Source: an uncultured Verrucomicrobiota bacterium
Lineage (GTDB): Bacteria; Verrucomicrobiota; Kiritimatiellia; RFP12; UBA3636
Direction of reading: 5' to 3'
Assembly (NCBI GenBank): GCA_946624575.1
Contig: CAMOSH010000001.1
Location: 7,778-71,777, forward strand
DNA length: 64,000 nt
The notes beneath the pieces were generated by a model. That model had not been told where the DNA came from and ran no database searches. It saw only the letters and a program-made list of their open reading frames with translations. Below are positions 47,639 through 56,898 of this stretch, piece after piece. Both the position numbers and the translations under genes were made by a program. Within the stretch, counting starts at the first letter, position 1, and each line of letters starts with the position of its first letter.

Positions 47639-47845
47639 TCACTTTCCGTCGCGCGTGCCGCGTTCCGGGGCTTCCGGGACTGTTCCGGGCGGATTTCCGG
47701 CGCCGGTGGCGGATTTTCCGGGTTTTGGCGTGTCGTCGTCCGTTTTTCCGTTCTTCGAACCCGGTGCCAGTTTCCCTATAAGGAACATTCCGGCGTAGAA
47801 GACCGCGAAACCGACGAAGAATGCGGCGATTTTGATTGTGTTCAT
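47639..47845 (-). CDS. small single-TM membrane protein
   Basis: MNTIKIAAFFVGFAVFYAGMFLIGKLAP then a Gly/Pro/Lys-rich tail. The ATG overlaps the anti-sigma stop by 4 bp. Coding status is uncertain. Confidence 0.3.
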   Translation of the reverse strand: MNTIKIAAFFVGFAVFYAGMFLIGKLAPGSKNGKTDDDTPKPGKSATGAGNPPGTVPEAPERGTRDGK

Positions 47846-48249
47846 TGGTTGTCGTTCGATTGGTCCGGCGTGATGTCGGCGATGTCGTTTTCCTCGTTGC
47901 GCCGGCGGCGGCGCAACGTCCTGCAAAGTCCGGCGAGAGTCCAGCTTCCGGCAAGTTCCGTCACGGGGCCGTCGCCGGGATTCTCCGCCAGAATGCCCGA
48001 AACGCGGCCGGTGGGGCCGGACGGGCCGTGCAGGGAGAACGCGAGTGCGGCGATTGTCGCCGCGAAAGCCGCGACAAGAGCCGCCGCGGCGAATTTCCGG
48101 CGACGGCAGACGCGGCGCCGCGCCGCGAACGCCGGGGCGAGGCGCGCGGAAAATCCCGGAGGCAGGCGCAGGTCGTCGACGCTTTCCCGAAGCCGTGCGG
48201 ACAAGGTCCGCTCCAAATCCGTCCAAGTCAAATCGATGTTGTCGTTCAT
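47842..48249 (-). CDS. putative anti-sigma factor (single-pass membrane protein)
   Basis: Translationally coupled (ATGA) to the upstream ECF sigma gene. One TM helix FAAAALVAAFAATIAALAF. Confidence 0.4.
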   Translation of the reverse strand: MNDNIDLTWTDLERTLSARLRESVDDLRLPPGFSARLAPAFAARRRVCRRRKFAAAALVAAFAATIAALAFSLHGPSGPTGRVSGILAENPGDGPVTELAGSWTLAGLCRTLRRRRRNEENDIADITPDQSNDNQ

Positions 48250-48797
48250 GGCATGGAATCCCTTTCAGGCTGGTTGTCAAGCAATTCTGCGCGGAGCACG
48301 TCCGTAGCGCGGGAAAGACGGCTTTTGACGGTTCCGGGCCGGACGCCCTGCGCGTCGGCGATTTCCTTCTCGGAAAGCCCGGCGAAATAGCGCAGCACGA
48401 CGGCTTCCCGGGCATCCGGCGGAAGGCGCCTCACCGCTTCCCGCACCACGGCGCGGTCCGCGGCTTCCGGCGGACTGGTCGGCGCTCCCGGCCGGCCCGG
48501 GTCGGACGCGATGGCTTCAATGGAAGTGCCCGGATTCTCTTCGGGGCGCTTCCGCCTGGCGTCCATGCGCCGGAAATTGAGCATGATGGAGTAGAGCCAG
48601 GCGAAAAACGAACCGGTCGGGCGATACGAGGATATCTTGCGCACGGCACGGTCGAGCGTCCGGAAGACTAGATCCTCGGCGTCGCTGCCGTCGGGGCAAA
48701 GCAGGACCGCAGCCGCGAAAAGCCTGTCCCCGTATTCGGAGACGAGCCTTTCGGCGCCGGCTTCGCCGTCGATTTTCAATTGCCGCCAGATTTCCAT
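48246..48797 (-). CDS. RNA polymerase ECF-type sigma factor (sigma-70 region 2 and 4)
   Basis: Region 2 (FFAWLYSIMLNFRRMDARR) and region 4 HTH (REAVVLRYFAGLSEKEIADAQGVRPGTVKSRLSRA). Confidence 0.75.
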   Translation of the reverse strand: MEIWRQLKIDGEAGAERLVSEYGDRLFAAAVLLCPDGSDAEDLVFRTLDRAVRKISSYRPTGSFFAWLYSIMLNFRRMDARRKRPEENPGTSIEAIASDPGRPGAPTSPPEAADRAVVREAVRRLPPDAREAVVLRYFAGLSEKEIADAQGVRPGTVKSRLSRATDVLRAELLDNQPERDSMP

Positions 48798-48973
48798 CGC
48801 TTTTCAATGTAAATGCGGCATGGCGTGAAAAGGTTCCCGCCACGGCAAAAAAACGACCATGCGGAAAAACGGCGCCTTGAGGCTGCCGGCGAGCGTCACG
48901 GCGGCGGCGCGCGCCGTGACGGTGAAAAGTCGAAAGGCGGAAAGGCCGAAAAGACGAAAGGCGGAAAGAATGC

Positions 48974-49009
48974 CCGGTGATTGCCAATCCTGCAATTGGC
49001 AATCACCGG
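48974..49009. repeat. perfect 15-bp inverted repeat with 6-bp spacer
   Basis: CCGGTGATTGCCAAT cctgca ATTGGCAATCACCGG. It lies between the infC stop (49145) and the ECF sigma start (48797). On the - strand it is followed by a T-rich tract (GCATTCTTTCCGCCTTTCGTCTTTTCGG). Confidence 0.5.
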
Positions 49010-49144
49010 ACTATCCAATTTCGCCGATTCCCGGGGTCGCGATTCACATTTCGCGATCGCCACTGGCGTTTTCGGCGTTTCGGTCGAATTGTGTTTTTGG
49101 TGGCGTGGGCGGTCGGACCGCGCCCGGCGCAGCCGCCGCAGCCG

Positions 49145-49648
49145 TCAGCGGCCCTTCTGGGACTTCGGCGAAAGCATGCCCGTGCAGCTTCTGCCCATGA
49201 CCTTGGGGGCCTGCTCGACATTGGCCACGTCGGCCAAATCGGTACACACGCGCTGGAGGACCTCTTCGCCAAGTTCCTTGTGGGCGTTTTCGCGGCCGCG
49301 GAACATGAGCGTGAGCTTGACCTTGTTGTCGTCGGCCAGAAATGCGCGGATGTTGCGGATCTTGAGCGCGTAGTCGCCCACGTCTGTGTTGGCGTGGAAC
49401 TTGACTTCCTTCACCTGTGTGCGACTCTGGTTCTTGCGCGCTTCCTTGCGTTTGCGCTCCTCCTCGTACTTCCATTTGCCGTAGTCCATTATGCGGCAAA
49501 CCGGAGGCACGGCGTTGGCGCTGACTTCGACCAGGTCCAAGTCCATCTGGCGGGCGCGTTCAAGCGCGTCCCTTGTCGGGACCACGCCCAGCTGCGAGCC
49601 GTCTGGGAGGAGCAGGCGCACCTGCGGCGCGCGGATCTGCTGGTTCAC
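49145..49648 (-). CDS. infC: translation initiation factor IF-3
   Basis: INQQIRAPQVRLLLPDGSQLGVV...PPVCRIMDYGKWKYE...VKEVKFHANTDVGDYALKIRN...LMFRGRENAHKELGEEVL is collinear with E. coli IF3. The track ORF extends to the ATG at 49870 with a Q/G-rich low-complexity 74 aa. A GTG at 49648 (MNQQIRA...) gives a canonical 168-aa IF3, and IF3 genes typically use non-AUG starts. Confidence 0.7.
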   Translation of the reverse strand: MNQQIRAPQVRLLLPDGSQLGVVPTRDALERARQMDLDLVEVSANAVPPVCRIMDYGKWKYEEERKRKEARKNQSRTQVKEVKFHANTDVGDYALKIRNIRAFLADDNKVKLTLMFRGRENAHKELGEEVLQRVCTDLADVANVEQAPKVMGRSCTGMLSPKSQKGR

Positions 49649-50023
49649 ACGTGTTGTATCGTCGCCTGGACGGCGGCCCTTTGCGTCGCGCGGGCCGCGC
49701 TGCTGCTGGCCCTGGCCGGAGGCTCCGCCGCCACCGGCGGCGCCACCGAAGCGCTGGCCGTAGGCAGATGCCTGCGATGTCTGGTTTCTGAACGGGGCCG
49801 GGGACTGCTGGTTGAACCCGGTTGCCTGTTGGCTGCGGAACGGCGCCTGGCCGGAAGCGGCGGGGCGCATTTGTGGAAGCGGGCTGATATTAGGCCTCTT
49901 TCTCTGTTGGTGTGTCTGTTTTCCGGCGGCCCACCCGGGACGCCAAATCCAAGAAACGCGAATCCGGCAAAACGGAATGTCCTCTCATCGAAAATTGACG
50001 GAACGGCGGCGATTGTAGCACAT

Positions 50024-50893
50024 TCACCGAATAATGGAAGGGGGTGCGGGGATTTTTCTGCGAAAACGCGCTTCGGCGCGCCGCACGCCGGGGCGCAGGT
50101 GTCGCGCGGCGGCGCATGCGCCCGCGAACGCGGCCGCCGCGAACGCAATCGGCGCCGAGGGGGGAAAGTCCATTTTCCAGCTCGCCGCCAGCCCGATGCA
50201 CATGGACGCGAATGCGATGATGCCGGAGGCGACCATCATGCCGGGCAGGGTGCGCGAAAACGACTTCGCCGCAAGCGAAGGAAGCACTAGCAGGGCAACC
50301 ACGAGCACTACTCCGGTGACGCGCACGAGCACCACGACGGCAAGCGCCGCGGAAACGGAAAATACAGTTTCGTAGAGGCGTTCCGGCGCCCCGCGCAGAC
50401 GCGCGGTCTCCGGCGAGAAGGACACGGCGAGAAGCCCGCGCCAGAAAAGCGGCACCGCGATCGCCAGCGCTGCGTCCAGCGCCGCCATCCGCGCCAGGTC
50501 CCCGGGCGTCGCGAAAAGAAGCGATCCGAAAAGATACGACGCCAGGTCGCCCTTGAATCCCGGCGTTGCGGCCAGAAACGCCAGCCCCGTCGCCATCCCC
50601 AGCGCCCAGATCGCGGACAGTTCGGCGTCCGATCCCCGGGTGCGGTCTCCGGTGCGCAGCGCGAGCGCGAGGGCCGCGACCAGCGCCGCCGCGAGCGCGC
50701 CGAGGTCCGGCGTGGCCCAGGCGCATCCGCGCGACCACGACAGCCACTGCGCCGCGCCAAGCCCCGCAAAGCAAGCGTGCGCCACCGACCCGGCCACGTA
50801 CGAACTGCGCCGCGCGACGCAGAGCGGTCCCACGAACGCGCACGCGACCGCGGCTAGCGCCGAGGCGCAGACCGGTAGGAGCATGAAGTTCAT
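50024..50893 (-). CDS. metal (Zn/Mn-type) ABC transporter permease, ABC-3 family
   Basis: MNFMLLPVCASALAAVACAFVGPL... has 8-9 TM helices typical of ZnuB/MntB. The ATG overlaps the ATPase stop (ATGA). The N-terminal part of the track ORF is noise. Confidence 0.6.
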   Translation of the reverse strand: MNFMLLPVCASALAAVACAFVGPLCVARRSSYVAGSVAHACFAGLGAAQWLSWSRGCAWATPDLGALAAALVAALALALRTGDRTRGSDAELSAIWALGMATGLAFLAATPGFKGDLASYLFGSLLFATPGDLARMAALDAALAIAVPLFWRGLLAVSFSPETARLRGAPERLYETVFSVSAALAVVVLVRVTGVVLVVALLVLPSLAAKSFSRTLPGMMVASGIIAFASMCIGLAASWKMDFPPSAPIAFAAAAFAGACAAARHLRPGVRRAEARFRRKIPAPPSIIR

Positions 50894-51546
50894 GTGACGG
50901 CGGAATCCGAAACTACCGTGCCGCGATCTAGCCGCACGACGCGCGTCGCAACCGCGCGCACGAAGCCTTCGTCGTGCGTGGAAAACACGATCACGCGACC
51001 GTCGGACGCGTCGGCGCTCGCGAGCATCGCGGAAAGCTGGGCCATTCCCTCGGCGTCCAACCCGGCTGCGGGGTCGTCGAGTAGCAGCACCTGAGGTTCG
51101 TCGAGCAGGGCCTCCGCCAGGCATGCGGTCTTGCGCTGGCCTCCGGAAAGCGCCGAAACCGGAGTCCCCAGCAGGGCCGAGATCCTGCAGAACGCGGCGA
51201 CTTCTCGCACGCGGCGCCGAAGCCTCCGCGCCGGCATCCGCCTGAGTTTCCCGCGGAAGCGCAGCCATTCGCGTATTGTCAGGTCCGGGTCCGCAGGGGC
51301 GCCTTCGGGCACGTAGCCCGTGATCGCGCGCACCAGCTCCGGACTCGAAAATGCGTCGATCCCGTCCACCGCAATGCTTCCCGAATCCGGCGGCAGGACC
51401 GTCGCGAGTATCCGTAGCAGCGTGGTCTTGCCTGCCCCGTTGCGGCCCACGAGCGCGATGCGTTCGCCCGCCACGGCGCGCAGCGTCACGCGTTGCAGCG
51501 CCCGCGTCTTGCCGAAATGGCGGCAGATGTCAACGGCTTCGATCAT
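50890..51546 (-). CDS. ABC transporter ATP-binding protein (ZnuC-like)
   Basis: Walker A GRNGAGKTTLL, signature LSGGQRK, Walker B LLLDDPAAGLD, H-loop STHD. Probable start MIEAVDICRHFG at 51546. Confidence 0.7.
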   Translation of the reverse strand: MIEAVDICRHFGKTRALQRVTLRAVAGERIALVGRNGAGKTTLLRILATVLPPDSGSIAVDGIDAFSSPELVRAITGYVPEGAPADPDLTIREWLRFRGKLRRMPARRLRRRVREVAAFCRISALLGTPVSALSGGQRKTACLAEALLDEPQVLLLDDPAAGLDAEGMAQLSAMLASADASDGRVIVFSTHDEGFVRAVATRVVRLDRGTVVSDSAVT

Positions 51547-51550
51547 CGCT

Positions 51551-53020
51551 TCAGGCTCCGGGTTCCGGATGCGTCGCCGTGAGCTGTTCGGCATTTGCAG
51601 GAGTCTGATTGGCGCCGGCGGCCAGCCGCGCGAGGGAGCGACGTTCGCGCAGGACCGGCGGCATGGAGGCCACGAACGCGATGAAGTCCGACACCGGCAG
51701 CGCCAGCCAGGTTCCCAGCAGCGGATGGGACGGCATCAGCAGCGGCAGTACCCATACGCACGGCAGCAGGACGACCACCTGACGCAGCAGCGAAAGCAGG
51801 ATCGCGGTGCGCGGGCGCCCGACGGACTGGAAGTATGTGGATGCCGATACGTTGAGCGCGATGCACCATGTCATGCAGCAGCCGACGCGCAATGCGAAGC
51901 TTCCGGCGCGCAGGACGTCCGGGTCGTTCGCGAAGCCGCGGGCGATCGCCGGCGCGAAAATCTCCGGCACGACCGTGGAGAAAATCACGGTGACGCTGGT
52001 GAGAAGAAACGCCAGATCCCAGGCACGGCGGACGCGCATGTAGTTCTTCGCTCCCCAGTTGTATCCGAGTATCGGGCCTATGCCGTGCTGGACGCCCATC
52101 GATGGCATGAAAAAGAGCATCATCGCGGTCTGGTAGATACCGAAGGCGGCCACCTGCGCGGTGCCGACTTGCGGCGACGGGCTCCAGCGGGCGAAGGCGT
52201 GGTTGAGCGAAAAGTTGATGGACGATCCGGCCAGCTGCATCAGGAACGGCGCGAGCCCGATCGAGAGTACCCGCGCGGCGAGCGCGCCGCGCACCCGCAC
52301 CTGCCTCAGGCAAAGCTTGACTACCGAGCGCCCGCGCACGTAGTGCGAAAGCGCCATGGCGCACGAGGCCGTCATGGCGATGTTCGTGGCCCACGCCGCT
52401 CCGGCGACGCCCCAGCCGAATCCGAAGATGAACAGAGGGTCGAGCACTATGTTGACGAGCGCCCCCACGACCATGCAGCGCATCGCCGAGACGGGCGACC
52501 CCTCCGCGCGCATGCAGGCGGAGAGTCCGAAGGCGAGATGCGCCAGAAAATTGAACGGCAGCACTATGCGCAGGTACTGGACGCCGGCTGCGAGCGTTTC
52601 CTCCGTCAGGCGCCCTCCACCGATGGACCGCAGTATCGGGGCCAGAAACGCGAAAAGCGCCGGCGCCACGGTGATTCCCAGCAGCAGCTTGAGGGCCACG
52701 CACTGCCCAAGTGCTCGCTCGGCCGTTTCATGGTCCTTCTCGCCCAGGGAAATCGAAATCACGGTGCTTGAACCGACTCCGATGAGCGGCCCGAACGCGC
52801 CCAGCACCATCATCACGGGAAACGTGAGAGCGAGTCCCGCTATCGCGTCCGCCCCGCAGCCGTGGCCGATGTATATCCGGTCCACGACATTGTAGAGCAT
52901 GTTCAGCGTCATCGTGACGAGCGACGGCCAGGCAAAACGCCACAGGAGCGGCAGCAGCCGCCCGGACCCCATGTCCCCGAGCCGTGCGTCCTGCGATTTT
53001 TCGCTCATCGCCGATGGCAT
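51551..53020 (-). CDS. MATE family efflux transporter
   Basis: 12 predicted TM helices. N-terminal LLWRFAWPSLVTMTLNMLYNVVDRIYIGHG matches the MATE/NorM signature region. Confidence 0.75.
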   Translation of the reverse strand: MPSAMSEKSQDARLGDMGSGRLLPLLWRFAWPSLVTMTLNMLYNVVDRIYIGHGCGADAIAGLALTFPVMMVLGAFGPLIGVGSSTVISISLGEKDHETAERALGQCVALKLLLGITVAPALFAFLAPILRSIGGGRLTEETLAAGVQYLRIVLPFNFLAHLAFGLSACMRAEGSPVSAMRCMVVGALVNIVLDPLFIFGFGWGVAGAAWATNIAMTASCAMALSHYVRGRSVVKLCLRQVRVRGALAARVLSIGLAPFLMQLAGSSINFSLNHAFARWSPSPQVGTAQVAAFGIYQTAMMLFFMPSMGVQHGIGPILGYNWGAKNYMRVRRAWDLAFLLTSVTVIFSTVVPEIFAPAIARGFANDPDVLRAGSFALRVGCCMTWCIALNVSASTYFQSVGRPRTAILLSLLRQVVVLLPCVWVLPLLMPSHPLLGTWLALPVSDFIAFVASMPPVLRERRSLARLAAGANQTPANAEQLTATHPEPGA

Positions 53021-53039
53021 GGTGCTTGCGGACCGCGCC

Positions 53040-54053
53040 CTACAGGAACTGGCGCAGATATCGCAGGTCGCCGCCGTAGAGCATGCGCAGGTCGGTGACC
53101 CCGTGCTTGATCATCGCGATGCGCTCGACTCCCATGCCGAAGGCGTAGCCGTAACATTCCGGATCGTAGCCGACTTTCTCGAACACGCGCGTGTCGACGA
53201 TCCCGGCTCCCATCACTTCGATCCAGCCGCTCTGCTTGCAGACGGCGCACCCGCGCCCCTTGCAGACATGGCAGGTGAAATCGACTTCTACGGACGGCTC
53301 CGTGAACGGAAAGAAGTGCGGGCGGAACCGCACCTGCACCGACTGCCCCATCATTTCGCGCGCGAAGTGCGCCAGCGTCGATTTGAGGTCGGCCAGCGAA
53401 ACCGGCTTGACGTCGACGTAGAGCCCTTCGATCTGGTGGAAATTGGCCGCGTGTGTCGCGTCGGTTGTGTCGCGCCGGTAGCAACGGCCCGGGTTGATTA
53501 TGCGCACCGGGGGCTTTTTCGCGAGCATGGCGCGGATCTGCACCGGGGAGGTCTGGGTGCGCAGCAGGAGTTCGGGTCCCAGCCAGAACGTGTCGCGAGC
53601 GTCGCGGGAGGGATGGTGCTTCGCCGTGTTGAGCGCGTCGAAGTTGTTGAATTCCGTCTCGATGTCCGGCCCGTCGGCGACGGTGAATCCAAGGCGGGCG
53701 AAGATGCGCGTCGTCTCCTCGATGACTTCCGACACGGGATGGATCGCGCCGGTACCGCGCCAGGATCCGGGCATCGAGAAATCGAACGAGACCTTGGGCG
53801 CCGCAGATGTCTCCGCCGCCGCGCGGCGCTCCTCAAGCGCCGCCGAGAGCGCGCCGCGGAGTGCGTTGAGCGCCTGGCCGAACGCGGGCTTTTCGGCGGG
53901 GGGAACGTCGCGCAGCCCCTTCATCAGTGCCGGCAGAAGCCCGTTGCGGCCAAGGTATTTGACTCGCGCCGCTTCGATCGCGACCGAATCGGCCGCAGCC
54001 GAAATTTCGGAGAGCGCTTCCGCCTGCTTGGCGGCAATTTCGGAAAGTGTCAT
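53040..54053 (-). CDS. pheS: phenylalanine--tRNA ligase alpha subunit
   Basis: 337 aa from the ATG at 54053. Class II motifs (FRPHFFPFTEPSVEVD, GAGIVDTRVFEKVGYDPECYGYAFGMGVERIAMIKHGV). No pheT adjacent. Confidence 0.85.
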   Translation of the reverse strand: MTLSEIAAKQAEALSEISAAADSVAIEAARVKYLGRNGLLPALMKGLRDVPPAEKPAFGQALNALRGALSAALEERRAAAETSAAPKVSFDFSMPGSWRGTGAIHPVSEVIEETTRIFARLGFTVADGPDIETEFNNFDALNTAKHHPSRDARDTFWLGPELLLRTQTSPVQIRAMLAKKPPVRIINPGRCYRRDTTDATHAANFHQIEGLYVDVKPVSLADLKSTLAHFAREMMGQSVQVRFRPHFFPFTEPSVEVDFTCHVCKGRGCAVCKQSGWIEVMGAGIVDTRVFEKVGYDPECYGYAFGMGVERIAMIKHGVTDLRMLYGGDLRYLRQFL

Positions 54054-54171
54054 GGTGTCGTCGTGGAAAAAAACCGGCGCCCGCCTCTTGCGGGCGCGCG
54101 GGAGCGAATGATAGCGCAATGCGCCGCCGTTGCCAAATGAAAAAAAGTGCCGTTCCGGCGCCACGCCGCCG

Positions 54172-54921
54172 TCAAGACCCTTTCGCGCCGAAGGAGAACC
54201 CCGCGCCCGGCAGGCTGCAGAACAGGAATTCGATGGGATACAGGACGAGTCGCGCGGCCAGTTCCGCGGCCATTGTCTGGAACTTGTCATACCACGCCAC
54301 GCTGTAGGGGTCGCCGGTCTCCTTGAAGACGAGCCGGTGCCACGCCACCTCTTCCCAGAGGCCATTGGCGATGACTCTGTTCGTTCCGACCCTGCGGTAT
54401 TCCCTGACGGCCAGCTCCGTCGTTTCGTCGTCCATCGGACAATGGCAGTCCTTGAAGCGGAGGCGCGGGCTGTCGGGCGCAAGAAACCAGGCTTCGAGCC
54501 TCCCTTCGTCGATTTCGGCGGCGCGGCCTCCGAGGAAGTCCCAGAAACGGTCGACGTAGGCATGCGCCTGCGTCCGGTTGATCACGGACTGGATTTTCCC
54601 GAACGTGATGTCGCGGTCGAATCCGAAATCGTTCCCCATGTCGGTGCCGACGGCCGCGGCGATGCGCTCGGCGCATATCCGGAAACTGTCTTCCGGGTCG
54701 GCGCCGCGAGCCAGGGCCGCCTCGTAGTCGCGGAGCGCCGCCCGCCCGCCGATGTCGAAATCGATCTCCGGCTCGTCCTTGGCCAGGAGCGCATCGCCCC
54801 GCGACCGACGCCGCGGCCAGATCGGCTCCGCGAGAACTTCCCTCACGGCCCGCCCGAACGGATCGCTGAAAAGAGCGATGGCATTCCCCATCCTGTGAAT
54901 CGTGTCGCTTGTCATTGTCAT
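54172..54921 (-). CDS. hypothetical protein
   Basis: 249-aa ORF with normal amino-acid composition and no recognisable motifs. GC-rich like the backbone. Confidence 0.35.
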   Translation of the reverse strand: MTMTSDTIHRMGNAIALFSDPFGRAVREVLAEPIWPRRRSRGDALLAKDEPEIDFDIGGRAALRDYEAALARGADPEDSFRICAERIAAAVGTDMGNDFGFDRDITFGKIQSVINRTQAHAYVDRFWDFLGGRAAEIDEGRLEAWFLAPDSPRLRFKDCHCPMDDETTELAVREYRRVGTNRVIANGLWEEVAWHRLVFKETGDPYSVAWYDKFQTMAAELAARLVLYPIEFLFCSLPGAGFSFGAKGS

Positions 54922-55052
54922 GGCATTCCTATGTCTCCCGGGACAGTGTCGGCTCGTTTACAAGACTCGATCCGTTCCTTAATGAACGATTCCTGAAAAT
55001 GGCCGTCAAAACAACTCCGATGAGTCCTATGGCCCCGCCAACGCTATGCCGA

Positions 55053-56801
55053 TTATCCCAGGATTTGTCGCAGACTTGCCTTCAAATTGCGCTGTCTGGC
55101 CTCAATGAATGACCGGAAATCCTCAATTGCAAGGCTCGTGTCATCATCCACGAACAAGTCGCCGGTCGAGACATGTTTTTGACTGGCCCACTCCTGCAAG
55201 GGGGCGTCGCCTTTGCCACCTGAACCGTTTTCCTGCGTGCCGAGGAGCTGCAGATTGAGGACGGTGTTGTAGTTTTCCAGGAAGAACTTGCGGTCATCGT
55301 CGGAAAGGTTCAACTGTGCCAATTTGGCCTTGTCCTCAAAGATGGTCTTCGGATGCATGTGATCCTGGGCAACGGCCTTTCCGAACTGAATCGCCTTGTC
55401 CGGATACAGCAACTGAAGGACGAGCGTGCATTCTGGACTTTGATATTGGGACGAAAGCAGTCCCTCAAGGAAATCGTCCTCAAAAGAATAGTTTTTAACG
55501 GCATCTCCAGTGCAAGAGGCGACAATTTCATCGAACGGGAAGCTGCCCGAGGAATCGTTGCGAATGACCTCGCGGAATCTCCGCAGGATCGTGTCTGACT
55601 GTCCACTGAAAATCCGCTTCAGCAAAGACAGGTTCAGCCATTTGAGGATTGACTTCCTGTCCTTTTCCGGGAAGGACGGCTTCGACACCTTGTCGGCAAG
55701 ACGGTTCTTGTACAGCCAATAGGCGATCGGGATCGCCGCGTTCTTTGCGGTGAGCAGCGAATCGGAATATCCAATCGACTCCAGAAGCTCGAACGTGGAC
55801 ACCAACGCCTTTTTGATGTCATCCCACGCCGCTTCGAACCGGCGCACCTGCTCCAAATTGAAATTGGCCAACTTGAATCGGATGTCCTCCGATTCGCAAA
55901 CGAGCATTGCCTTCGAGATGAAATCCTGGGAAACGTTGAAGTTGGGATTGCCAAAGCCGAAAATGAGCTTCCTGACGTTGGCGATCTCCTTTCTCGCGTC
56001 ATGACGCTCCCAGTTTGCGGACGAGATGGACATCAGAAGGTCGGAAAACGACAATGGCGTTCCGCCGCTGTTCGTCCGGAGGAAGATGTCCAGAACCTTG
56101 TCCTGGTCCTGCGATGCGATTGTCGTGTAGTTCATCACCTCTTCCGTATGGTATTTGCGGAAGAGCTTCATAAGAGTCGCCCGGGCGAATTCGTTGCCAT
56201 GCAATTTGTTTTCAAACAGGAAGGACACGAGTTTCCCGTCATCGAAACCTGCGATCTCACCGACTTTGAACCAGAAGTACCCTTCATTGCAGTTGCATGA
56301 GCGGACTTCGTCATCGGTCAGAAACTTGAACTCGTACTCCTTCTGATTGTCGATTTGCGATGGCAATCGGCGCCCCAGATTCAGATACAGGCGCCTCGTG
56401 GGGAACGCGTCCTCGGTGTCCCTGTACCACTTGCCGGCCTTCTTGTACCTGTAGGTTCCGAAAAGGCCGATGTAGAGGCTCGTAAGGCGCTGTTGCCCGT
56501 CGATCACGGCGAAAAAGTCCGGCACTGCACCGGAGGCAAAGTCCGGGTTGTTCTCGTGGAAATGTTCGCAGTAATTCAGCAGAAAGCCATAGAACTGCTG
56601 GGTATTCCGTATGGCTGCGTCCTCCACGTGCCACAACATGAACGAATTGATGGGGTAGCCGCGCATGATGCTGTCGAAAAGCATTTCGATCTGCTCCGGG
56701 GACCAGACAAACTTCCGCTGAATGGCAGGGAGGACAAAATGGTGGGATTCGATATTCTCCATCGCCGTCTTGATGGTCTTGTCGATTGTAATCGCTGACA
56801 T
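55053..56801 (-). CDS. GmrSD-like type IV (modification-dependent) restriction endonuclease, DUF262 + DUF1524
   Basis: N-terminal DUF262 signatures HFVLPAIQRKFVWSPEQIEMLFDSIMRGYPINSFMLW and FFAVIDGQQRLTSLYIGL (the DGQQR motif). C-terminal DUF1524 His-Me-finger-like VAQDHMHPKTIF. Region is AT-richer than the flanks. Confidence 0.7.
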   Translation of the reverse strand: MSAITIDKTIKTAMENIESHHFVLPAIQRKFVWSPEQIEMLFDSIMRGYPINSFMLWHVEDAAIRNTQQFYGFLLNYCEHFHENNPDFASGAVPDFFAVIDGQQRLTSLYIGLFGTYRYKKAGKWYRDTEDAFPTRRLYLNLGRRLPSQIDNQKEYEFKFLTDDEVRSCNCNEGYFWFKVGEIAGFDDGKLVSFLFENKLHGNEFARATLMKLFRKYHTEEVMNYTTIASQDQDKVLDIFLRTNSGGTPLSFSDLLMSISSANWERHDARKEIANVRKLIFGFGNPNFNVSQDFISKAMLVCESEDIRFKLANFNLEQVRRFEAAWDDIKKALVSTFELLESIGYSDSLLTAKNAAIPIAYWLYKNRLADKVSKPSFPEKDRKSILKWLNLSLLKRIFSGQSDTILRRFREVIRNDSSGSFPFDEIVASCTGDAVKNYSFEDDFLEGLLSSQYQSPECTLVLQLLYPDKAIQFGKAVAQDHMHPKTIFEDKAKLAQLNLSDDDRKFFLENYNTVLNLQLLGTQENGSGGKGDAPLQEWASQKHVSTGDLFVDDDTSLAIEDFRSFIEARQRNLKASLRQILG

Positions 56802-56898
56802 AAAAACACTCCTGTGTTGGTTGGTTGTTGGTGAAAGTAGTGGTTGGTTGTTCGCCCCGCCCGGCGGGCGCCGGACGGGGCGAATTGAGTTCCAACCG

